In this document: in pieces, positions 40,386-48,259 of the stretch | Position numbering within the stretch: the first letter of the stretch is position 1 | Layout of the letters: each line of letters begins with the position of its first letter | Assembly: GCA_965219685.1 (NCBI GenBank) | Contig: CBDCOH010000002.1 | Span: 3,168,001 to 3,232,000 of the forward strand | DNA length: 64,000 nt | Reading direction: 5' to 3' | DNA from: Candidatus Spongiisociaceae bacterium | Lineage (GTDB): Bacteria > Actinomycetota > Acidimicrobiia > Spongiisociales > Spongiisociaceae | The notes under the pieces: model-generated | What the model saw: the letters and a program-made list of their open reading frames with translations, nothing else | Told to the model about the DNA's origin: nothing | The model's database searches: none | Translations under genes and position numbers: made by a program

Positions 40386-41111
40386 GTGCCGTCGGGAGCA
40401 GGTCCTCGTCCATACCGGCGGGATTGCCTCATCTTGGGGGTCGCGGTCTGGGTGACGGGGGTGACGTTCGGGGTGTTCGCCGACGCGGCGGGTCTCGACC
40501 TGTCCAGGATCGTGGTGATGTCGGCACTCATGTTCACCGGGGCTTCGCAGTTCGCGGCGGTGGGTGTGATCAACGACGGTGGCACCGGCGGCGCGGCGGT
40601 CGGCGCGGCCCTGCTCCTGGCAGCCCGCAACACCCTCTACGCACCGGTGGTGCGGCCGGCCCTACCCGCCTCGACCTCGGCCCGGCTGGTGGGAGCCCAC
40701 TTCATCGTCGACGAGACCACCGCCATGGCCGCCGCCCAGACCGACCGCCGTCATGCCTCGGGAGCCTTCCGGTTCATGGCGGTCACGCTGTGGCTCTCCT
40801 GGAATCTGGGCTCGGTGGCCGGGGCGATAACCGGCTCCTTGGTGGGAACCCCCGAGACATGGGGGCTCGACGCTGCTTTCCCGGCCGTCTTCGTCGCACT
40901 GGCGGCCACCCACCTCCGTACGGCGGCCGGCAGGATCACCGCAGCCATCGCGGCCGTCGTAGCGCTCGGCGCGGTACCGTTCACCGCACCGGGGATCCCG
41001 ATCCTGCTGTCCGTGCTCGCCCTGCCGACCGCGCTGTTCGTTCTAGCCCGCCGGCGGCCGCCGTCGAGTGACGGAGACGGACGGGCCGGCAGGTCGGGGA
41101 CTGCATCGTGA
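40386..41111 (+). CDS. AzlC-family branched-chain amino acid exporter subunit (start uncertain)
   Basis: MSALMFTGASQFA, ARN.LY, VDETTA, GLDAAFPA. Confidence 0.85.
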   Translation: MPSGAGPRPYRRDCLILGVAVWVTGVTFGVFADAAGLDLSRIVVMSALMFTGASQFAAVGVINDGGTGGAAVGAALLLAARNTLYAPVVRPALPASTSARLVGAHFIVDETTAMAAAQTDRRHASGAFRFMAVTLWLSWNLGSVAGAITGSLVGTPETWGLDAAFPAVFVALAATHLRTAAGRITAAIAAVVALGAVPFTAPGIPILLSVLALPTALFVLARRRPPSSDGDGRAGRSGTAS

Positions 41112-41407
41112 GCTGGCTATCGATCGCCTTGCTCGTGGCAGGCTGCTACGCCTTCAAGGCTCTGGGGGTAACCGCATTCGGCAGCTTCGCCGAACGCCGG
41201 TTCGGCCAGGTCGTGGCGCTGCTTCCGGCCGCGCTGTTTACCGCCCTCGTGGTGGTCCTAACCTTCGAGGAGGCAGGTCTCCTGGTTGTCGACGCCCGGG
41301 CCGCGGGTGTGGCCACCGGGGCTCTGGCCGCCTGGCGCAAGGCACCCCTAATCGTCGTCGTGCTGACCGCGATGGGGGTAACCGCCGTCATCCGGGCCCT
41401 GTCCTGA
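41108..41407 (+). CDS. AzlD-domain protein
   Basis: 99-aa hydrophobic ORF with GTGA overlap; Y.FK..G, LLPAAL.AL, DAR. Confidence 0.82.
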   Translation: MSWLSIALLVAGCYAFKALGVTAFGSFAERRFGQVVALLPAALFTALVVVLTFEEAGLLVVDARAAGVATGALAAWRKAPLIVVVLTAMGVTAVIRALS

Positions 41408-41441
41408 ACGTCTGGCTGTTGTCGCCCGACCCGGAGTCGGG

Positions 41442-42776
41442 CTAGCGGGTTCCCTGCAGACCTTCGGTGGCCAGCAGCGCACCCTTCATGACGTCGATCA
41501 CCCTGGCGATGTCCTCGTCGCTGTGGGCGGTCGAGGTGAGCGCCAGATGGTCCCCCGGGATGAGCACCTCCTCCAGCATCAGGCGGACGTAGAACTCCCG
41601 CTCAGCCTGCGCCAGCGAGCGATCGAAGTCGCGGGCGGTCACGATCGGCCCGGCCTGGAAGCGCAGGTGGATCATCGAATGGGCCGCCCGGACCTGCACC
41701 GGTATCGAACGGCTCCGGCAGAACCCTCCGATCTGGTCCGTGAACATCCTCCCATGCCCGGCCAGCCGTCCGTAGAGGTCGGGATGGGAACGCAGATGAC
41801 CGATCGCAGCCGTACCGGCGATCATCGTCAGCGGGTTGCCGCCGAAGGTGCCGCCTGCGAACACCTTGTCCTGCTCGACGTCGTGCTTCTGCCACTCGAA
41901 GCGGCGCATGATGCCGGCGCGGCCCGCGACCGCCCCTACCGGCAGACCCCCTCCCAGCGCCTTGCCGTAGGCCGCGAGGTCGGGCGTGACCCCGAACTCC
42001 TCCTGTGCCCCACCGAAGGCGAGGCGGAAGCCGGTTACCACCTCGTCGAACATGAGTAGGACACCTGTCTCCCGGCAGACGGCGGACAACTCGCGGAGGA
42101 AGTCCCCGCACTCGAGGCCGGGATTCGATCCCTGGACTGGTTCGATCAGCACCACCGCGAGCCGGTCCCGGTTCCGGCGGATGAGGTCGAACGCGGCCCC
42201 GTGGCGGTAGGGGAGCATCAGCACGTCGTCCAGCGTGGCAGCGGGAATGCCCCGTCCCATGGGAGCCGGAGCGGGCCGGTCCCGGGGACTCCCGTGCTCG
42301 GCCTGCACCAGCACCGCATCGTGGGCTCCGTGGTAGGAGCCTTCGAACACCGCGATCCCCGACTTGGCTGTGTGGGCCCTGGCCACCCGGATGCCGTACA
42401 TGGTCGCCTCGGTCCCTGTGTTGCAGAACATCACCAGGTCCGCGCAAGGCACCCCCTCGCGCAACAGTTCCGCCAGCGGCTCCTGGTACGGGGTGTGGAT
42501 ACCGAACTGGGTTCCCCGGGACACCGCTTCCTGCACAGCGGCAACGATGGCGGGATGGGCATGACCGAGCACGTGGCTCCCGAAGCCCATGGTCAGGTCT
42601 ATGTACTCGTTGCCGTCCACGTCCACGACCTTCGAGCCCGAACCCTCGACGATGTATACCGGGTAGGGCATGTCGACGGTGCCGACCACCTCCAGCGCGA
42701 TCGACTTCCTCGCCTGCTCGTAGAGTTCTCGCGATCTCGGGGTGCGGCGGAGAAACTCCTTGTAAGGGTCTGCCAT
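41442..42776 (-). CDS. Class-III PLP aminotransferase (GSA-aminomutase-like)
   Basis: NTGTEAT, FEGSYHG, FDEVVTGFR, PDLAAYGK, GTFGGNP. Confidence 0.88.
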   Translation of the reverse strand: MADPYKEFLRRTPRSRELYEQARKSIALEVVGTVDMPYPVYIVEGSGSKVVDVDGNEYIDLTMGFGSHVLGHAHPAIVAAVQEAVSRGTQFGIHTPYQEPLAELLREGVPCADLVMFCNTGTEATMYGIRVARAHTAKSGIAVFEGSYHGAHDAVLVQAEHGSPRDRPAPAPMGRGIPAATLDDVLMLPYRHGAAFDLIRRNRDRLAVVLIEPVQGSNPGLECGDFLRELSAVCRETGVLLMFDEVVTGFRLAFGGAQEEFGVTPDLAAYGKALGGGLPVGAVAGRAGIMRRFEWQKHDVEQDKVFAGGTFGGNPLTMIAGTAAIGHLRSHPDLYGRLAGHGRMFTDQIGGFCRSRSIPVQVRAAHSMIHLRFQAGPIVTARDFDRSLAQAEREFYVRLMLEEVLIPGDHLALTSTAHSDEDIARVIDVMKGALLATEGLQGTR

Positions 42777-42805
42777 GAGAATTCCCTCGTAGTCGGCTGT
42801 TCCGG

Positions 42806-43825
42806 TCAGGGAATCAGCACGGCCCTCCCTCGAACCTTGCCTTCCTCCAGCCGGACGAACACCTCGTTGATGCTATCAAGGGGATGACGTTCGACCACGG
42901 GCTTGACCCGACCTTCCCTGGCGAGGGTGATGACCTGTCTGAGTTCGTCCCGGCTCCCCCAGTAGGCGGTGTACAGGTCCACCTCGGCCGGGAAGTCGAG
43001 GAAAGAGTAGGGAAGGGTACCAAGGCCCAGTCCCACGATGACGATCAAGGACCGGCGCTTCACCACCTGCTTCACCACCGCCAGGGTGGTGTCGCTGCCC
43101 ACGAAGTCGAGCACAACGTCGGCGCCTTCGCCCGCCCCTAGATCCCTGACGGCTTCGACCACGTCCACTTCGCCCGGGTCGAGCACTACGTCGGCGCCGA
43201 ACTCCGATGCGAGTCCCCTGGCGCGGGACGAGGTGTCCACTGCCACAACCCGGGCTGCCGTGAGCGCCTTCAGATACTGAATCCCCATGTGGCCGAGGCC
43301 GCCGATACCGATGGCGACCGTGAGGGAGCCGGGCACCAGCCGGGGAAGGGCCCGCCGGACGGCGCGATACGGGGTCAGCCCGGCGTCGGTCAGGCACGCA
43401 GCGTCGACCGGATCGAGGTCGCCGATCGGCTCGAGGTGGCGCTGCGCGGGTACCAGTACGTACTCGGCGTAACCACCCGGAGGGCCGTGGCCGACCCACC
43501 GGGACTCGTCGCACATGTGCTCGCGACCGGAGGTGCAGTAGCAACAGATCCCGCAACCCCAAGCCCCGAAGACAGCCACAGCCTCCCCCTCGTCGAGACC
43601 CTCCACACCGGACCCCAGGGCAGCCACCCGCCCGGCGTTCTCATGGCCGAGGATCATGGGGAACGCGTCGATGATCGGGAACTTGCCCATCATCACCGAG
43701 AGATCGGAATGGCACGCTCCTGCTCCCGCGACCTCGACCAGAACCTCGCCGGGCCCCGGCTCGGGTGTCGGAACCTCCCGCACGTCCCAGGGCGTGTTGT
43801 AAGCGTCGAGCAGCGCGGCCTTCAT
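42806..43825 (-). CDS. Zn-dependent NAD(P)+ alcohol dehydrogenase
   Basis: GACHSD, GHE.AG, CGICCYC...C, DAGLTPY, GIGGLG. Confidence 0.92.
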   Translation of the reverse strand: MKAALLDAYNTPWDVREVPTPEPGPGEVLVEVAGAGACHSDLSVMMGKFPIIDAFPMILGHENAGRVAALGSGVEGLDEGEAVAVFGAWGCGICCYCTSGREHMCDESRWVGHGPPGGYAEYVLVPAQRHLEPIGDLDPVDAACLTDAGLTPYRAVRRALPRLVPGSLTVAIGIGGLGHMGIQYLKALTAARVVAVDTSSRARGLASEFGADVVLDPGEVDVVEAVRDLGAGEGADVVLDFVGSDTTLAVVKQVVKRRSLIVIVGLGLGTLPYSFLDFPAEVDLYTAYWGSRDELRQVITLAREGRVKPVVERHPLDSINEVFVRLEEGKVRGRAVLIP

Positions 43826-43835
43826 CTGCGAAAGA

Positions 43836-44204
43836 CTACGCGTCGGGAGACTCGGGCTCCTTTAGAACGTCCACCAGATGTTCCGTCTGGAGTATCCACC
43901 GTTCCAACTCGGCCGCGGTGGGACCGAGTTCGTAGTGATGGTGATGGCAGGCCCGGCTCAACGACGCCCAAGCCGACCGAACATCGCTGACAAGTCGCTT
44001 GTCAGCGAACATCAGGCCGAGGCAGGCCAGTTGCGTCGCGCGGCTGGCGCTCTTGGCACCCGGATAGGTTGCCTCCCAGAGCCGGTCCATCGAGTCTTCG
44101 AGGGCCTGACGGGTCAGCAGCGCCGCGGCGCGGGGCCACACTCCCTCCGGCCCTTCCCGCCGCTTGATCAACCGGCGCGCGTAGCGGATGAGATCGGTTG
44201 TCAT
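43836..44204 (-). CDS. Small HEPN-like protein (putative)
   Basis: 122-aa helical protein with RQALE and SRACHHH (R-x4-H); ATGA overlap with the ATPase stop. Confidence 0.7.
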   Translation of the reverse strand: MTTDLIRYARRLIKRREGPEGVWPRAAALLTRQALEDSMDRLWEATYPGAKSASRATQLACLGLMFADKRLVSDVRSAWASLSRACHHHHYELGPTAAELERWILQTEHLVDVLKEPESPDA

Positions 44205-46603
44205 ATCCGACGGATCCGCTCGGCCAAGCCCTGACAGTCGTTGATGAGCTCGACCAAGGAACCGGGGAATCGCTTGTGGGTACCCCGATTCGCATCCCAG
44301 AAGGCGTCAGCGAACCGATGCCCCCACTTTCGGCTCATACGGTGAGACACATCGCCGGCCCGTCCGGGATCGTCAAAGAGAGCGAGAGCGGTCTTCCTAG
44401 TTAGGGTGCGCGCTTGGTCGAGCGTGTCATCCACTCCGGAATGAGGTTCACCCCGGCCCAGCCGTCGACGCCTCACCACCTCGACACAGGCGGCCTCGAG
44501 ACCGTCCCGGCAGATTCCGGGTACGACCCTTGTTGCCACCTCCTCCGGAAGCTCCGCGTCCAGGGCAATCGCGCGGGCATCTATGAAGTACTGGACGACG
44601 GGATCCTGCTTCTCACGTACCTCGACGTTCGACCCTGGTTTGCGCGTTACCTGGATGCAGGTATGGGGCATCCGCAGGCGGCGAAGCGACTCGGCCAGGC
44701 GGTCGTCGTGCGTGAACACGATGAGCTGGCGCTCGGCCGCTATCTCGGAGAAGACACGGGCCAGACCGTCAACACGGGCAGGATCCATCGATTGGATCGG
44801 GTCGTCGATCACCAGAAACCGGAACGGATTACTTGCCAGCGTTGCGCGGGGGAAGAACAGGGAGAGCGCGAGACAGCTGATCTCCCCCTGGCTGGCTACC
44901 GCCAGAGCCTGGGCCTCAGTCCCGTCGACCTCCACCGTGAGGTCTACGTGGCGCCTGGTTCGGGATCCCGCGAGTTCCACAGACCGTAGGTCGACATTGC
45001 TCTGGAGCCGGAGATCTTTCCAGAGTCCGAGCGCCCTGGTTTCTATCGGTACCCACCGGGCCGCCCGCAGCGATGCCGTGGCCTTCTTAAGCGCCTTCTC
45101 GGCGGCTTTGATCCACCCGATGATCGTGCGTGTGGCCACGACCCGCCGAGCCTTGGCCACCCACTCCATGAGATCGGGCAGGACGGACGCCCAGCTCTGT
45201 TCGCGCTCGGAGTACCGCGCGACAGCCTGTTTGGAAACTCGCTCAGCTTCTCTAGCCACCAACCCGTAAGCCGACAGCAGGTGGTCGGGCAAGTCATCCG
45301 GCCGGTCCGGAAACGCCGCCCACATTGACCAGGCAACCGATAGCGCTGTCGTGTCGACCTCCTTAGGGGCGGGTAGGACAGGAATCTCGACCAGAGTCCG
45401 TGCGCTGCGGAGCGCCCCCTGGAGCTGGCTCTCAGCTTCCCGGTACCGTCTCGTCGACCGGGTCAGCCTGGCAACTTCATCCTCGGTTGCGCGTCGCCAT
45501 ACCGTGTCGAGGGTTCCCACACCACATACGGGACAGGACTCATCGCCATGGCGCCGATGGTGCTCCAAAGCGGTTCTCAGAACCTGGAGCAACTGCTGAT
45601 CTCGTTCGGAGTCCGTGCCCGCCATCTGTCCCAGCTCTCCGTGAGCGGCTTCCACCCGCCCAGCAACCCGGAGCACTTCTACTTCATCTGGTACCTCAAG
45701 GGCTGCCAATGCACCGAGCGATTCCTGTTCGGAGTCGGGTTTCGATCCGAGGCCAGCAAGGGTGTCGAGATCCCAATCTCTTCTCCTGAGGGCCTTGACA
45801 GCTGTCTCCGCGCGTTTGTCCTCTAGGCTCTCAAGCGCCGGCAGCAGGTGATCGAGCCGTGTTCTCCTAACTTCCTTCTCGAGCCTGGACCGGCGGAGAC
45901 GGGTAGCTGCCAGCACCCTTGTCGCTTCACCGAGCGACTCCAGTCCGAGCACCGCCGCCAGGGTGTCGAACAACTCCGAAGGGCGAGCGCCGATCATCCC
46001 CAGTTCGTTGTAGGAGAGAAGCGGGCGGTAGAGGTCGAGGGCGCCATCCCAGCCGACTCCGGCGAGGTCCGTACGTTTCTCCCCGTAGTGCTGCGCGGTG
46101 GTGGCAGCCTGTTCGAACTCGGCGTTCTCGGACCAGGACTTCTCAACAGTCGTGAGCCCTCCCTTGCCGGCGACCTGAAACCGGGCCGTGATCGTGGGTC
46201 GAGATCCGCTGTGGAGGTTCCTCCAACCGTCCTTCCACGGCCCGCTGCGGTCCTGCCAACGTAGCGCATTACCGGTAAGCAACACTTCCAAGGCCTCGGC
46301 GAAGCTGGACTTGCCCGAACCGTTGCGGCCCACGACCACGGTAAGGCCGGGACCAGGTGGGAACGCCAGCTTTACTTCAGGACCGATCCCACGGAACCCC
46401 GACACAGTGAGGTCTTGGAGGTAGACGGAAGCGGGGTCTGTATCGGCGCCGGTCGTCCTGTCCGTTGGGTACTCGACCGATCCTCCCTCGAGTACCTGCT
46501 CAACCGCCTCCTCGCTATCGAGGGAGGCCATCACCAGGTCGAGCGTGCGGTTGTCCACGTCTTGTTCGGCGAGTTCCTCCAGTATCTCCTGGTACAACGT
46601 CAT
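44201..46603 (-). CDS. Rad50/SbcC/RloC-like coiled-coil ABC ATPase with Zn hook and C-terminal extension
   Basis: GFRGI, Walker A GRNGSGKS, CPVCG hook, signature SQGE, Walker B/D-loop VIDDPIQSMD, H-loop THD; GGAGGA RBS before ATG 46603. Confidence 0.88.
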   Translation of the reverse strand: MTLYQEILEELAEQDVDNRTLDLVMASLDSEEAVEQVLEGGSVEYPTDRTTGADTDPASVYLQDLTVSGFRGIGPEVKLAFPPGPGLTVVVGRNGSGKSSFAEALEVLLTGNALRWQDRSGPWKDGWRNLHSGSRPTITARFQVAGKGGLTTVEKSWSENAEFEQAATTAQHYGEKRTDLAGVGWDGALDLYRPLLSYNELGMIGARPSELFDTLAAVLGLESLGEATRVLAATRLRRSRLEKEVRRTRLDHLLPALESLEDKRAETAVKALRRRDWDLDTLAGLGSKPDSEQESLGALAALEVPDEVEVLRVAGRVEAAHGELGQMAGTDSERDQQLLQVLRTALEHHRRHGDESCPVCGVGTLDTVWRRATEDEVARLTRSTRRYREAESQLQGALRSARTLVEIPVLPAPKEVDTTALSVAWSMWAAFPDRPDDLPDHLLSAYGLVAREAERVSKQAVARYSEREQSWASVLPDLMEWVAKARRVVATRTIIGWIKAAEKALKKATASLRAARWVPIETRALGLWKDLRLQSNVDLRSVELAGSRTRRHVDLTVEVDGTEAQALAVASQGEISCLALSLFFPRATLASNPFRFLVIDDPIQSMDPARVDGLARVFSEIAAERQLIVFTHDDRLAESLRRLRMPHTCIQVTRKPGSNVEVREKQDPVVQYFIDARAIALDAELPEEVATRVVPGICRDGLEAACVEVVRRRRLGRGEPHSGVDDTLDQARTLTRKTALALFDDPGRAGDVSHRMSRKWGHRFADAFWDANRGTHKRFPGSLVELINDCQGLAERIRRI

Positions 46604-46712
46604 CTGGTCCTCCACCCCGCCGTTGGGGCCAACATAGATAAACGATGTGACACGCATCTCTGGCCAGCCCAGGACCGACGGTCACAACTGCCTGTGGGTA
46701 GCATTCCGGCGG

Positions 46713-47807
46713 ATGGCTGCGCCGTATCGGGATCAGTATGTGGACCTCCTGCGGTCGATCTCGCTGGTGGTAGTGGTGGTATGGCACTGGGTGTTCACCA
46801 TCCTCGTGGTCTCACCGGAAACCGTTTCGCCCTCGAACCCGATCGGCTTCACCCGCGGGCTGTGGGTGGCGACGTGGGTGCTGCAGGTGATGCCCGTGTT
46901 CTTCTTCGTAGGCGGCTACACCCACCACCGCTCCTTCCGCAACTACACCCGGGGAACCTCGCGGCGATTCCTCAAACGCCGCATGGGAAGGCTGCTGGCG
47001 CCGGCCATAGGGTTGATCGCGGTGTGGCTGGTGATCGGATGGGTACTCGAGATCACGATCGATCCGGCCTGGGTATGGTCGGCGGTGATCCTGGTCCTGT
47101 CGCCGCTCTGGTTCCTGATCGTCTACGTGGTGCTGGTACTGATCGCCCCGCTGGGAATCAGGGCCCACTGGCGCTGGGGCGAGGTGGTGCCCGTCTGGCT
47201 CCTGGGCCTGGCCGCGGTGTTGGACGTGCTGCGATTCGTCCACGGACAGGGCTGGGCGGCCTGGGCCAACTTCCTGGTGATCTGGGGGCTGGCCCACCAA
47301 CTCGGTTTCTTCTACGAGCGATTGGTGGCCGCTCCGGCCCGCACCGGCTGGATGATGTTCTGGGCCGGTCTCTTCTTCCTGATCGCGCTCACCAACATGG
47401 GCTTCTACCCGCGCTCCCTGGTAGGAGTGCCCGGAGAGCGCTTCTCCAACATGGGCCCGCCGACCCTGGCGATCGTCGCTTTGACCTTCCTTCAGGTAGG
47501 GCTGGTGCTGGTGATCCGTCCCAAGATTCTCGCCTGGTTGGAAAGAGGCGAACTGGCACAGCGCGTGGTGGGGTGGATCAACGAGCACGCCATGCCCCTC
47601 TACCTGTTCCACTCCACCGGCATGGCCGTGGTGGTGGCGATCCTGTTCGGCCTCGGTTACGTGCCCCCCGCCGAGCCCACCCTCGAATGGTGGCTCACCA
47701 GACCCCTCTGGCTGATCGGTCCCGCCATAGCCACATGGCCACTGCTGGCCCTCTACCGAGTCACCAAACGGCCTGCTGCCCCGCCCGTCCCGAAGCTCGC
47801 CGATTAG
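46713..47807 (+). CDS. Acyltransferase family 3 membrane protein
   Basis: RD.YVDLLR, HW, LQVMPVFFFVGG, PLWFL, HQLG, SNMGPPT, YLFH. Confidence 0.88.
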   Translation: MAAPYRDQYVDLLRSISLVVVVVWHWVFTILVVSPETVSPSNPIGFTRGLWVATWVLQVMPVFFFVGGYTHHRSFRNYTRGTSRRFLKRRMGRLLAPAIGLIAVWLVIGWVLEITIDPAWVWSAVILVLSPLWFLIVYVVLVLIAPLGIRAHWRWGEVVPVWLLGLAAVLDVLRFVHGQGWAAWANFLVIWGLAHQLGFFYERLVAAPARTGWMMFWAGLFFLIALTNMGFYPRSLVGVPGERFSNMGPPTLAIVALTFLQVGLVLVIRPKILAWLERGELAQRVVGWINEHAMPLYLFHSTGMAVVVAILFGLGYVPPAEPTLEWWLTRPLWLIGPAIATWPLLALYRVTKRPAAPPVPKLAD

Positions 47808-47893
47808 ACCTGTGCCCTGCGGGCGACGGCTCTGGTCGCGAGTTGCGCCATAGCCACGCTAAAAATGTCACGCGTGTAGGTTATCCTCAGACC

Positions 47894-48180
47894 ATGGTCA
47901 GTCGAGTTCCCCCAGCACCCCCCGAGGACGCCGGCCGCGTTCTTGAGATGCTCCTGGATGCCGGAGTCGTGTGGGGAGATGCGTCCCAATAGTTACCCCG
48001 ACTCCCGCCCCCCCCCCCCCCCCGAACTCCGTCGACTTGTTCTTCATGTCACCCCCCTAACCGGACGCTCGCTCCTATTCCCGGATCTCACCAGAGCGAC
48101 ATGTGGATTGGTTCGTACCCTTTGCTCGAGCCATGCTGAGCGCGGCCTCAGAAACCGGCTCGTTCGTGTTGAACAGCGGT
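47894..48180 (+). pseudogene. Relic of a site-specific DNA methyltransferase (N4/N6 family, motif IV near the N-terminus) containing a C16 tract
   Basis: Reads VVWGDASQ*LPRLP-[C16, frameshift]-PNSVDLFFMSPP*PDARSYSRISPERHVDWFVPFARAM..TGSFVLN; TATCCT 6 nt before the ATG. Confidence 0.78.
48008..48023. repeat. Homopolymer C16
   Basis: Read directly. Confidence 0.95.
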
Positions 48181-48259
48181 CGGCGTGCGGGCGAGCCGTT
48201 CGAAGCTATCGCCAGCCCCGCAAAGAGAGGTCAGCGGAGCAGACCACTGGCCGGAGGAC

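Noticed and set aside
44201-46603. Housekeeping SbcC, RecF, RecN or SMC
   Set aside because: No SbcD partner, no SMC hinge, Zn hook plus an extra C-terminal domain, and accessory context
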